The translations under genes and the position numbers were made by a program. DNA of 57,825 bases from Eubacteriales bacterium (lineage in GTDB: Bacteria; Bacillota; Clostridia; Oscillospirales; CAG-272): contig JAZNTT010000080.1 in assembly GCA_045591885.1 (NCBI GenBank), forward strand, positions 1 to 57,825. The letters run 5' to 3'. Below, in pieces: positions 27,507-36,735 of the stretch. Position 1 is the stretch's first letter, and each line of letters begins with the position of its first letter. The notes below the pieces were generated by a model, which saw only the letters and a list, made by a program, of their open reading frames with translations, was not told the DNA's origin and made no database searches.

Positions 27507-29183
27507 TTGTCAAACTCAAAAGCGCGGATAAGCAAAAAGAATAAATCGACCGGTTATTATGAGGTCGAGCCGGTAATAAGTATCAAAGAAATGCTAAAAA
27601 AAGCAAAAAATGAAGCAGGCGATTGGGATGCGTACCAGTATAAATTAAACGAAACCGAGACCAAGCATGTTTCATATAATGAGTTTTATCAAAATACTGA
27701 AGATCTTGGTGCAGCGCTTTGCAATCTTGGCCTTGGCAATGCGCATATAGCTTGCGTAGGTGATAACAGTTATCCTTGGATAGTCGTATACCTTACTGTT
27801 CTTAAATCTGAGGGAGTTTTTGTGCCGATTGACAAGGAGTTGCCCGAAGATGATATGTTTAGAATCATAAATGATAGCGATAGCACTGCTATTTTCTTTG
27901 CGTCACGATTCGAGGAGACTATTATATCTAACAAAGATAAACTTCCAAATATTAAATATTTCATTTCACTTGATAGGGAAGAGTCGAACGATGATTTTCT
28001 ATCGATGCGCCAGCTGATTTCCGAAGGATCTGTACTCGATAAATCTAAATATGATTCCTTGCAATCAAACGAAAATGATCTGAAGCTTCTTGTTTATACG
28101 TCCGGAACCACAGGTATAGCGAAAGGTGTTATGCTTACTGAACATAACCTAATTTCCGGAGTATATTACGGACTTCACGTTTCGCAAGTCTTTGGTACAG
28201 GATTGTCTGTCTTACCTTACAACCATACGTATGAAGCAGTATGCGATATCCTTGTTTCAATTCACAAGCATACCACACTGTGCATAAATGATTCTCTTAA
28301 AGCAGTGCTAAAAAATCTGCAGTTCTATAAACCGGATTATATATACATTGTACCTGCTTTTTTGGAGTTATTTTACTCGGGAGTTCAGAAGAACATTCGC
28401 AAACAGAGAAAAGAGAAGCTTGTAAATAAGATGATCGGCATATCAAACGGTTTGAGAAAGATCGGAATTGATATGCGAAAGGTTTTCTTCAAACAAATTA
28501 CTGACGCTTTTGGTGGAAATTTAAAGAAAATCGTGTGTGGCGGCGCTCCGATTCGTCCCGAAATCGGCAAATTCTTCGGAGATATTGGTATTTGGGTTAT
28601 TGGAGGATACGGAATAACTGAGTGTTCGCCTCTTGTTTCTGTTAATGACGAACAGGCCAATGATTACAACACAGTTGGTCGGCGTTTACCTTGCCTTGAG
28701 TGGAGGGTGGATTCTCCTAACGAAGAGGGAATAGGTGAGATACAAGTTAAAGGCGATGTTGTTATGCTTGGATACTACAAGCAACCCGACAAGACCGATG
28801 AGGTTCTTAAAGATGGATGGTTTTCAACCGGTGATTACGGATATATTACCCCCGAAGATTGGTTAGTGATAACGGGACGCAAGAAAAACATCATAGTTCT
28901 CACAAACGGAAAGAACATTTATCCGGAAGAGATTGAGAGCATCATAATGCAAATTGAATATGTATCTGAGGTCATTGTCAGCGGTATCAAAAACGAACAC
29001 GGGCAGGAGACCGGTTTGCAGGCAGAAGTGTATCTTTCTGAAGAGCATACTGAGGAGCACGTTCTGGACGACATACAAAATAAGCTGGATATTTTGCCGG
29101 GATACAAAAATATCTCTAAAGTGATTATACGCGACGAACCATTTGCAAAAACAACATCTAACAAGATAAAAAGAAAATATTAA
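27507..29183 (+). CDS. Adenylate-forming enzyme (long-chain fatty-acid ligase-like)
   Basis: 558 aa, TTG start after AAAGGAGGA. YTSGTTGIAKG, GYGITECSP, TGDYGYI, GRKKNIIVLTNGKNIYPEEIE. Confidence 0.85.
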   Translation: MSNSKARISKKNKSTGYYEVEPVISIKEMLKKAKNEAGDWDAYQYKLNETETKHVSYNEFYQNTEDLGAALCNLGLGNAHIACVGDNSYPWIVVYLTVLKSEGVFVPIDKELPEDDMFRIINDSDSTAIFFASRFEETIISNKDKLPNIKYFISLDREESNDDFLSMRQLISEGSVLDKSKYDSLQSNENDLKLLVYTSGTTGIAKGVMLTEHNLISGVYYGLHVSQVFGTGLSVLPYNHTYEAVCDILVSIHKHTTLCINDSLKAVLKNLQFYKPDYIYIVPAFLELFYSGVQKNIRKQRKEKLVNKMIGISNGLRKIGIDMRKVFFKQITDAFGGNLKKIVCGGAPIRPEIGKFFGDIGIWVIGGYGITECSPLVSVNDEQANDYNTVGRRLPCLEWRVDSPNEEGIGEIQVKGDVVMLGYYKQPDKTDEVLKDGWFSTGDYGYITPEDWLVITGRKKNIIVLTNGKNIYPEEIESIIMQIEYVSEVIVSGIKNEHGQETGLQAEVYLSEEHTEEHVLDDIQNKLDILPGYKNISKVIIRDEPFAKTTSNKIKRKY

Positions 29184-29187
29184 TCTA

Positions 29188-29224
29188 TAAAACTCTCCGC
29201 GATAAATCTTTGCGGAGAGTTTTA
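29188..29224 (+). terminator. Terminator closing the acyl-activation cluster
   Basis: ACTCTCCGC..GCGGAGAGT hairpin plus T-run. Confidence 0.75.
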
Positions 29225-29411
29225 TAACATATAAAATTTACAGAGGGTAGTGCAATTTATTCTATTTAACGCAAATGCCTAATTGTACTAAATTAAGATT
29301 TAACTTAATATGGGGAATGACTTGAAGCGTAATTTTGTATTTGCGGCATCAGCTAAGTAATTTAATTTTTATGGGTTCCTATCGGTATATTTCATCTATA
29401 TTCAATAATAT

Positions 29412-29450
29412 AAGCGTTCCGCATCGAAATTGTATCTTTGCGGAACGCTT
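29412..29450 (-). terminator. Terminator hairpin downstream of the DUF378 gene
   Basis: AAGCGTTCCGCA..TGCGGAACGCTT 12-bp stem just after the stop. Confidence 0.6.
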
Positions 29451-29471
29451 AGTCATTCGTTGTGTTTAATA

Positions 29472-29684
29472 TTATCTATGGTCAGTACGTGTCACAGCTT
29501 CTTCTCTGAACAACAGTGATATACACCAAATCGCTGCTAATCCAACCAGAGAGTAAACGATTCGACTGATTGTCGCGGTCTGGCCACCGAATAACCATGC
29601 GACTATATCAAAACGGAATAAACCGATGCTTCCCCAGTTAAGTCCGCCAATAATCGCAAGAACAAGTGCAATTTTATCCAACAT
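29472..29684 (-). CDS. DUF378-family small membrane protein
   Basis: 70 aa, two TM helices. IIGGLNWGSIGLF motif is characteristic of the family. RBS AAGGAG. Confidence 0.75.
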   Translation of the reverse strand: MLDKIALVLAIIGGLNWGSIGLFRFDIVAWLFGGQTATISRIVYSLVGLAAIWCISLLFREEAVTRTDHR

Positions 29685-29797
29685 ATCTTAATTTAGCTCC
29701 TTTATATTTATTGGGCAATAGTATATTTCCCCGTTTTACTATAAATATTCAGGCTAATAATTGTACTAAATTTTATACGACAAAGATGTAATGATCA

Positions 29798-29835
29798 AAC
29801 AAGCGCGCGAGCATTCGTTTGCTCGCGCGCTTGTT
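29798..29835 (-). terminator. Terminator after the DUF4097-like gene
   Basis: AACAAGCGCGCGAGC..GCTCGCGCGCTTGTT 15-bp GC-rich stem abutting the stop codon. Confidence 0.7.
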
Positions 29836-30725
29836 CATTCTATTATTTCAAGATTATTGTCTTTAATTACAACTGTTGCGTCAGTTGCATCTATCTTGAC
29901 AAGGCACTGCTGGATATCTGACGGTGTGATTATCTTTAATTGCCCATCAGCAATTCCGGATTCATTATAGTTTAGGGTGCTATTTTCGGTCTTTACGTTA
30001 TATGAAACAAATTCAGCGGCATAATTGGTAGTGTCAATGTTGATATTGCCGCCTACTAAATTTGCATTTAAGGTTGTTGCTTTGGTGTTGTTTACGTTTA
30101 GATTGCCTGCACTGACCTTAGCGTTGATTACAGACGAGGTTACGACATCGGTAAAAGTTGCGTTTCCTTCACTTACCGTTATGTTATAATCAACGGTTTC
30201 GTTCCAGATGTTTTTCAGTGTAACATTTCCGTTTCTGACGGTCAAATTAAGTGTTTTTATGCTTGACGCATCTGAAATGTAGATTGTAACGCTTCTTTTA
30301 TGTCCCTTTAAGGGTTTATCTGCAAAGAAATAGCGAAGTCCTTTAAATCTTAGACCACCGCCGCTCATGTCGAGAAATGAGGAAAGACCGCTAACTGTGC
30401 CATCAACTGAAACGCTTCCGCCTGTTAGCGTTGTAGAATAGCCGTAAGGATCAAAGTTTTTGAGCTCAACATAGCTGCTTTTTGCAGATCCGATTACCGT
30501 TACGTCTACGTTAGAAAAATTGAGCGAGAGCTTAGAAAGCTTTTGATCTGACAGGCTATAAGCATATACAATGTCGCCCTTTTTATTGCGCGACTGTTCG
30601 TAGATTGAAACACCTTGAGCGTCTGCCATAGAAGATGCTATAGAGCAAGTAAACCATCCGGTGAACAAGAGAACCGCGGCGAGTGCAAGGAAAATTAATG
30701 ACGTTGGCTTCATAATCCGATACAC
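29835..30725 (-). CDS. DUF4097-like beta-helical (putative adhesin/LiaG-like) protein with N-terminal anchor
   Basis: 296 aa. N-terminal TM/signal anchor, then repetitive segments rich in G-N-V/I-T/N. Confidence 0.55.
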   Translation of the reverse strand: MYRIMKPTSLIFLALAAVLLFTGWFTCSIASSMADAQGVSIYEQSRNKKGDIVYAYSLSDQKLSKLSLNFSNVDVTVIGSAKSSYVELKNFDPYGYSTTLTGGSVSVDGTVSGLSSFLDMSGGGLRFKGLRYFFADKPLKGHKRSVTIYISDASSIKTLNLTVRNGNVTLKNIWNETVDYNITVSEGNATFTDVVTSSVINAKVSAGNLNVNNTKATTLNANLVGGNINIDTTNYAAEFVSYNVKTENSTLNYNESGIADGQLKIITPSDIQQCLVKIDATDATVVIKDNNLEIIE

Positions 30726-31621
30726 TCCTTCTTAAGATTTACATATATCTCACGATATTTACGAATTACAAAGTGGACAAACTTCAGAAGCCATTTTGCT
30801 ACGATTGGCATGAATCTAACTGCGAAATTGTAAACGAGTATTCCGATTGCAAGAGCAAAAGCACCGATCATTATAGCAACGCCGCATTCATATAGCCCAA
30901 TCGGTACGCTTGTCAGCATTTGAGATACTCCAAATATAAGTCCAAAGACAGATACGAGGGTTCCTGCAGCTGTTACAAAAATAAGCGTGCCGATAGAAAT
31001 AAGAATCACAATTGCTACGCCGAAGAACATCAAACCGAACCCGAAAGCAGTACCGACTAAAACCGCGAGGGTAATCGGGAGAGCTGCCGCAAACATTATC
31101 CAGAATTTGCGTCTGTTTTGCTCGATGATTTCCGGATCAATCGGAGCTGGGGTAACCGAGGAATCCGTGTCAGATTTTACGATCTCACCTCGCTTAGTAC
31201 CGTGAGCCTCGGTGAGTTTTTCGTCAACGTCTTCCACTTCAAGCTTGTTAGATTCGGCTTTTTCAAATACTACAACATCATCATCAAGGTTGTCTGAGGC
31301 ATTATCTGTTATGTGTGCTATTTCCGGTTCGATATTATTTTCATTTGATTCACGGTTGATTATGACCGGCTCATTTTTGTCGCTCGGATTGATAGCATTT
31401 TCCTCTTTGGCTTCCTTGATAGCTTTTTCGGTCATTCGTTTAATTCTTGCCGCAACTTTATCAAGGTCACCGAGCTTGGCAATCTCTGCCGCAACCTCTT
31501 CATCGTTCTTTCCTTTGAAATATCCGTCAAATTGAGTCAGGTGCCGATCAATGTATTCACGGCTTAGGCCGATGTTCTGAAGACGTTCGGTCAATTCGGC
31601 GTAAAAAGTCTGCTTGTCCAT
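30710..31621 (-). CDS. DUF1700-like membrane protein
   Basis: 303 aa. N-terminal MDKQTFYAELTERL..REYIDRHL..DGYF, an acidic linker, and ~4 C-terminal TM helices. Overlaps the downstream gene by 16 nt. Confidence 0.55.
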   Translation of the reverse strand: MDKQTFYAELTERLQNIGLSREYIDRHLTQFDGYFKGKNDEEVAAEIAKLGDLDKVAARIKRMTEKAIKEAKEENAINPSDKNEPVIINRESNENNIEPEIAHITDNASDNLDDDVVVFEKAESNKLEVEDVDEKLTEAHGTKRGEIVKSDTDSSVTPAPIDPEIIEQNRRKFWIMFAAALPITLAVLVGTAFGFGLMFFGVAIVILISIGTLIFVTAAGTLVSVFGLIFGVSQMLTSVPIGLYECGVAIMIGAFALAIGILVYNFAVRFMPIVAKWLLKFVHFVIRKYREIYVNLKKECIGL

Positions 31622-31744
31622 TAACTTTTCCTTTCGAAAGTATTATCGTGTCAAAAATTGATTTTAGTGTTGAAAATAATCAAAATTTAGAGTATAATAT
31701 TATTCGTACATATTATTATAACAGAGATTGTGAGAAATTTCAAT

Positions 31745-32356
31745 ATGAGAATGAGAAAAAAGAAGCATGGTGCCGAAAGAATTTCTGCTTGCGGCGAATA
31801 TTTTGTTCCCACAGGCACAGTAATAAGCGATTGTCCGATTGAACTCGAGATAGGCTGCGGGAAAGGTTCATTCATATCCGGACTATCAAAAAAATATCCG
31901 CAAAAGAATTTTGTTGCAATGGAGCGAGTATCGGATGTCATTCTTCTCGCCGCAGAACGTATTAAGGCAGAGGATGCAAAGAACGTTAGGTTTATAATTG
32001 GAGACGCAAGGAATCTAAGAGAGTACTTCCCTGTCTCCAGTATATCGAGAATTTATCTTAACTTCTCTGATCCGTGGCCCAAAAAGGGATATGCGAAGCG
32101 TCGCTTGACACATAGAGCGTTTCTTGAGTTGTATAAGGAGATACTTGTCCCTAACGGAGAAATCGCTTTTAAAACCGATAATATTGGTCTGTTTGAGTTT
32201 TCGCTTGAGGAATTTACTGCTGCGGGCTTTAAATTAAGAGAGCTTACATATGACCTTCATAACAGCGAATATAATGATGACAATATAGTTACAGAATACG
32301 AAAGAAACTTCTCTGAAAAAGGCTTTAAGATAAACAGAGTTGTCGCTTATCTTTGA
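31745..32356 (+). CDS. trmB: tRNA (guanine-N7)-methyltransferase
   Basis: IELEIGCGKGSF SAM motif and NFSDPWPKK. Start is ambiguous (ATG at 31745 or 31751; ORF track gives 31730). Confidence 0.85.
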   Translation: MRMRKKKHGAERISACGEYFVPTGTVISDCPIELEIGCGKGSFISGLSKKYPQKNFVAMERVSDVILLAAERIKAEDAKNVRFIIGDARNLREYFPVSSISRIYLNFSDPWPKKGYAKRRLTHRAFLELYKEILVPNGEIAFKTDNIGLFEFSLEEFTAAGFKLRELTYDLHNSEYNDDNIVTEYERNFSEKGFKINRVVAYL

Positions 32357-32919
32357 TCATCTTTAATTCTCTTATTATCGAATTTTGAAACAACGAGACC
32401 GCCCAGCTTGGTACCGACGATTCCAAATATAGTTCCAAGGAATATACCGGCTAAAACGTCAGTGGGATAGTGAACGTATAGATATAGGCGCGAAAATGCA
32501 ACGGCAATTGCAATTATAGTGGCGCCAATTGCTATCGACTTATATTTTCCTTTAAGCATAATCAGCAGAACGACGGCAGTCTCGAAGACAATTAGAGTAT
32601 GGCCCGACGGAAACGAATAATCGGAAAGACGCTCAATAAGAATATCTGCACCAGTCAAGTCATATGGTCTGATTCTTCCAACAACATTTTTTAGAAACAG
32701 ATTTCCGATTAATCCGCCGCAAATAAATGCAATTCCCATAGAAAGGCCAATTTTTCTTGTTTTATTAAAAATCAAAAGAATAACTGCAATTACGATCGGA
32801 ACAATACCGTGATCTCCGATTTTTGTAATCAGCGAAAGCATCTTGTCAAGAAATTCGCACTTTAAGTTATCCTGAATAAATTCAAGAATATTTAAATCTA
32901 CCTTAGTGATTGGATTCAT
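32347..32919 (-). CDS. PAP2-family phosphatase (undecaprenyl-diphosphatase/BcrC-like)
   Basis: 190 aa. KxxxxxxRP, PSGH, SRxxxxxHxxxD motifs (RIRPYD, FPSGHT, SRLYLYVHYPTD). Confidence 0.8.
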   Translation of the reverse strand: MNPITKVDLNILEFIQDNLKCEFLDKMLSLITKIGDHGIVPIVIAVILLIFNKTRKIGLSMGIAFICGGLIGNLFLKNVVGRIRPYDLTGADILIERLSDYSFPSGHTLIVFETAVVLLIMLKGKYKSIAIGATIIAIAVAFSRLYLYVHYPTDVLAGIFLGTIFGIVGTKLGGLVVSKFDNKRIKDDQR

Positions 32920-33074
32920 AATGTTACCTCACACGACATTACCGTAAGGAAATTATATCATTAAATGTAATTCCGTGTCAAGTCGTTTGAGAAAACTGAA
33001 GTATTTACATTTTATTAACAAACTAAAGCGAAATTTGTGAGATAATAAGTTATATTTTTCCCTGGAGGAACAAA

Positions 33075-34139
33075 ATGGTTAAAGTAGCACTTTTGGGATT
33101 TGGAACGGTCGGCTCCGGAGTTGCCGAGGTTTTGCTTGAAAACGGCAAGCTTATCAAGAGCAAAACCGGTATCGATTTTGAAATTAAATATATTCTTGAC
33201 TTAAGAGAATTCCCGGATCACCCTCTTGGTGACCGCGTTGTTCACGACATAAATGTTATTCTCGACGATCCCGAGGTTTCGATAGTTGTTGAAATGATGG
33301 GCGGCGTTCATCCGGCTTATGATTTCTCCCTTGCAGCAATTAAGGCAGGAAAGAACGTAGTTACGTCAAATAAGGCAGTTGTGGCAGAGTTTGGCCCCGA
33401 ACTCCTCAAGGAGGCCGCTGAACGCGGTCTTCGCTACATGTTTGAAGCGAGCGTTGGAGGAGGAATTCCGATAATTCGTCCGCTGACTGATCTTACTGCA
33501 GAAGATGAGATAACAGAGATCGTTGGAATTCTTAATGGAACTACTAACTATATTCTTACTGCGATGAAGGATGAAGGAACGTCATTTGAAGAAGCTCTCG
33601 CAACTGCACAGTGGATGGGCTATGCAGAGGCGGATCCCACCGCTGACGTTGACGGATTTGACAGTTGCAGAAAAATATGTATTCTTGCGGCGGTTGCTTT
33701 CGGAAATCTTGTTTCGTATGAAAACGTTGAAACCATAGGCATCAGAAATATTACAGCTGATGATATTAAGAGCGCCGAAGAAAAGGGTGCCTCAATCAAG
33801 CTCATTGCAAGAGCTATAAAGACAGATGAGGGCAAGGTGCATATTTCTGTAAAGCCCTTTGCCGTTCGCAGAAATAACCCCTTATATGCAATTTCCGACG
33901 TTTTCAACGGTATACTTGTTCGAGGAAAGATTTCGGGGGATCTTATGTTCTATGGTAAGGGTGCAGGCAAGCTTCCTACGGCCGGTGCGGTAGTATCCGA
34001 TATAATTGATATTGCGTCACGAGGTGAAGATCAGCCGGCGCAAACCATCTGGACAACAAATACCGACATGCTTCTCCCCGCCCTTCCCGAATCGCTTGTG
34101 GATGCGACTTTTGCAGATCTCGGATATCCTGTCAACTAA
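33075..34139 (+). CDS. hom: Homoserine dehydrogenase (short form without an obvious ACT domain)
   Basis: 354 aa. GFGTVGSGV NAD motif, VTSNKA, GILNGTTNYIL. Confidence 0.9.
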   Translation: MVKVALLGFGTVGSGVAEVLLENGKLIKSKTGIDFEIKYILDLREFPDHPLGDRVVHDINVILDDPEVSIVVEMMGGVHPAYDFSLAAIKAGKNVVTSNKAVVAEFGPELLKEAAERGLRYMFEASVGGGIPIIRPLTDLTAEDEITEIVGILNGTTNYILTAMKDEGTSFEEALATAQWMGYAEADPTADVDGFDSCRKICILAAVAFGNLVSYENVETIGIRNITADDIKSAEEKGASIKLIARAIKTDEGKVHISVKPFAVRRNNPLYAISDVFNGILVRGKISGDLMFYGKGAGKLPTAGAVVSDIIDIASRGEDQPAQTIWTTNTDMLLPALPESLVDATFADLGYPVN

Positions 34140-35404
34140 GGAAAATATTCATCTGTAGATTCTTTTACTTCTCTCCATAGCTTAACAACGCAAACTGTGT
34201 TGATTATTGCCATAATGGAAACAGTAAAGTCCGATATTTCCCACACGAGAGATGGAGCAAAAATTGAACCAAAAATTCCCGCCATGCTGTATACGAATAG
34301 ATACAGAAGGCGGGCTTTTTTCTTTCCGCCGAGATATGTGATAGATATGACTCCATAATAAGACCAACACACGACTGAAGCTAACGCATATATAGCTGTT
34401 GATACACCGATAAACATACGCAGCCAGTCACCATAATAACCGTATGCATCAAGCGCGACCTTAATTCCATTGTCGCTTAGCGGTATGTCTTTGGTCAAAA
34501 GAACTACGAATGCGGTCAACGTACATAGGAGAATGGTGTCAACAAATACCTCAAAAATCCCCCATATCCCCTGCTCTGCCGGATGGCATTCAGTTTTGTG
34601 AGCATATCCCGCAGTACCGCATCCCGCTTCATTAGATAAAATACCTCTTGATGCACCAAGTCGAATTGCATCGGAAAATAAGAAACCGATCGCCCCGCCG
34701 GATAGTGATCCGGGATCGAACGCTCCATGAAAAATTTGAGAAATTGCATAAGGAATTTCATTATAATTTGATCCGATTATTGCAACTGAAGCAATGACGT
34801 ACCCGAGCGACAATAGCGGGATTACAACTGATGAGGCTTTCTCGATCCGATTCCGTCCGCCGTATATCATAAGCAAGGTTATTATCGAGAATACTACTCC
34901 CGTAATTATATTCGGTACCCTAAAGCAAACGCGCATGCTTTCGGCGGCGGCTGAACTTTGGATTGTGTTGCCAACGCCAACAGACGATATTAGAATTGTA
35001 ACGGAGAAAACAGTTGCAATAATCGGTTTTCTTAATCCGTACTTCATATATAGTGCGGCGCCGCCATCACCGTGTCTTTTATAGCGCATTGCGAGAACAA
35101 CTTCAGCGTATTTAATTATCATAGCAAGAAACGCGAATATCCACATCCAGAAAACTCCACCTGCTCCGGCGACGCTTATCGCTGCGGCTACACCGGCAAT
35201 ATTGCCTACTCCGAGTGTCCCGGAAAGCGCAAGACAGGCTGATCTGAATGAAGACTTATTGTTTTTGCCCTGTAGTCCTTTCAAAAGTTTATGCGGTTGA
35301 TTCAGCGGTTTAAACGAAAGCTTTACCAACAGAAATACACCTGATAGAGCCAACAAAATTGGAAGTATTGGACCCAGAACGTTAGAATTGATAAACGAAA
35401 GCAT
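34136..35404 (-). CDS. Sodium:alanine (amino acid) symporter family protein
   Basis: About 10-11 TM. GTLGVGNIAGVAAAI and SNEAGCG motifs of the AGCS family. RBS GGAGGA lies before the ATG at 35404. Confidence 0.8.
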   Translation of the reverse strand: MLSFINSNVLGPILPILLALSGVFLLVKLSFKPLNQPHKLLKGLQGKNNKSSFRSACLALSGTLGVGNIAGVAAAISVAGAGGVFWMWIFAFLAMIIKYAEVVLAMRYKRHGDGGAALYMKYGLRKPIIATVFSVTILISSVGVGNTIQSSAAAESMRVCFRVPNIITGVVFSIITLLMIYGGRNRIEKASSVVIPLLSLGYVIASVAIIGSNYNEIPYAISQIFHGAFDPGSLSGGAIGFLFSDAIRLGASRGILSNEAGCGTAGYAHKTECHPAEQGIWGIFEVFVDTILLCTLTAFVVLLTKDIPLSDNGIKVALDAYGYYGDWLRMFIGVSTAIYALASVVCWSYYGVISITYLGGKKKARLLYLFVYSMAGIFGSIFAPSLVWEISDFTVSIMAIINTVCVVKLWREVKESTDEYFP

Positions 35405-35499
35405 TTTTCCTCCATTTTTAGAAAAAAAGACTTGCATTTTATTTGAATTTGTGATAACATATCACTGTTATATGCATATTTATTTGCGTAAAGTAATAT

Positions 35500-35586
35500 G
35501 CCGGTGTGATGGAATTGGCAGACGTGCCGGACTCAAAATCCGGTGGTAGCGATACCGTGCGGGTTCGACCCCCGCCACCGGCACCA
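35500..35586 (+). tRNA. tRNA-Leu (anticodon CAA)
   Basis: Acceptor GCCGGTG/CACCGGC, anticodon stem CCGGA/TCCGG with loop CTCAAAA, long variable arm, T-loop TTCGACC, encoded CCA. Confidence 0.9.
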
Positions 35587-35587
35587 T

Positions 35588-35620
35588 AAAAAAGACAGCT
35601 TGTGTTGCTGTCTTTTTTTA
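35588..35620 (+). terminator. Terminator after tRNA-Leu
   Basis: AAGACAGC..GCTGTCTT hairpin plus T-run. Confidence 0.75.
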
Positions 35621-35688
35621 TTCAAATATTTTAATGCAACCGTAAGTTTACGTTTTGATCCTCGAAATTTCTTGTTCTAAACTCTATT

Positions 35689-35707
35689 TGACGATATAAT
35701 ATCGTCA
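35689..35707 (+). promoter_or_regulatory. Perfect 19-bp palindromic operator candidate overlapping the -10 of the XRE gene
   Basis: TGACGATAT-A-ATATCGTCA. Contains TATAAT, with TTGTTC 17 nt upstream. Confidence 0.6.
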
Positions 35708-35731
35708 CCATGTTGTGAAAGGAGAATAATA

Positions 35732-36124
35732 ATGACATTTGGAGAGAAATTAGCAAAGTTAAGGAAGGAGGAAAATTATACTCAAGAGCAGTTAGCAGAG
35801 CTTCTTGATGTATCACGTCAATCTGTAAGCAAATGGGAGTCAGACATTTCTTATCCTGAAACGACCAAGCTTATTGAGCTCGGAAAAATGTTTAGCTGTT
35901 CGATGGATTACCTGCTTAAAGATGATATAACAGAGAAAAACGGAGAAACTATTGGTGCTATGAATGAAAAGACAGAAGAAATAAAAAGCAAGGTCATTAA
36001 CGAAAAGAACAAGAAAAGATATAAAAACTCAATCAAAATCGGAACGCGGATTATATCTCTATTAATTATCATTGATATAATTTCATTCATTATATATTAC
36101 TTAATTTTTGGCCTGCCAAACTAA
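35732..36124 (+). CDS. XRE-family HTH regulator with C-terminal TM helix
   Basis: 130 aa. LRKEENYTQEQLAELLDVSRQSVSKWE HTH and a hydrophobic C-terminus. Confidence 0.8.
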   Translation: MTFGEKLAKLRKEENYTQEQLAELLDVSRQSVSKWESDISYPETTKLIELGKMFSCSMDYLLKDDITEKNGETIGAMNEKTEEIKSKVINEKNKKRYKNSIKIGTRIISLLIIIDIISFIIYYLIFGLPN

Positions 36125-36202
36125 TGATATCTCTTTCACGCGTTAAACTCCTTACATAATCAGTATGATAATTGTAATAATAAAAAGAAAAAGGAGTTAA
36201 TT

Positions 36203-36637
36203 ATGATAGAATCCGATACAATTAAATTATTACGAGAGTGTGACGCGGGAATTAAAATGGGAGTAAAATCAATTGATGACGTTATTGACCGCGTATACAG
36301 CAAGCATTTTAAAGAACTTTTGAATAGCTGTAAGGACAAGCATGAAAAGCTTGACGCTGAGCTTCAGGCGCTTCTCGATAGATACGGAGATGAGGGTAAG
36401 AATCCAAGCATAATGGCTGAGGGTATGTCAAAAATGAAAACCGGAATTATGCTGACAATGAAAGATACAGATGAAACAATAGCAGATCTTATGACAGACG
36501 GCTGCAATATGGGTGTAAAGTCACTTTCAAAATATCTTAATAAGTATGCGGCAGCCGATGAAAAGTCTAAGGATATCTGTAAGCGGCTTATTAGCCTTGA
36601 AGAAAACCTTGCTTCCGAAATAAGAGTATATCTATAA
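36203..36637 (+). CDS. Hypothetical all-helical soluble protein
   Basis: 144 aa ORF with a good RBS (AAAGGAG). No motif that I recognise. Confidence 0.5.
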   Translation: MIESDTIKLLRECDAGIKMGVKSIDDVIDRVYSKHFKELLNSCKDKHEKLDAELQALLDRYGDEGKNPSIMAEGMSKMKTGIMLTMKDTDETIADLMTDGCNMGVKSLSKYLNKYAAADEKSKDICKRLISLEENLASEIRVYL

Positions 36638-36670
36638 AAAGAGAGGGCGAATTTCGCCCTCTCTTTTTAT
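36636..36670. terminator. Bidirectional terminator
   Basis: AGAGAGGGCGA..TCGCCCTCTCT hairpin with A/T runs. Confidence 0.8.
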
Positions 36671-36735
36671 ATCATAAAACCACGTAATAGTAGCAGTATA
36701 TTAGAGTTAAAAATATTAAAGAAATTAAAAGCTTG

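Noticed and set aside
29312-29362. 16-codon ORF (MGNDLKRNFVFAASAK) in the ORF-free gap downstream of the DUF378 gene
   Set aside because: It has no RBS and no signal or hydrophobic character, and it is too short to support without conservation data.
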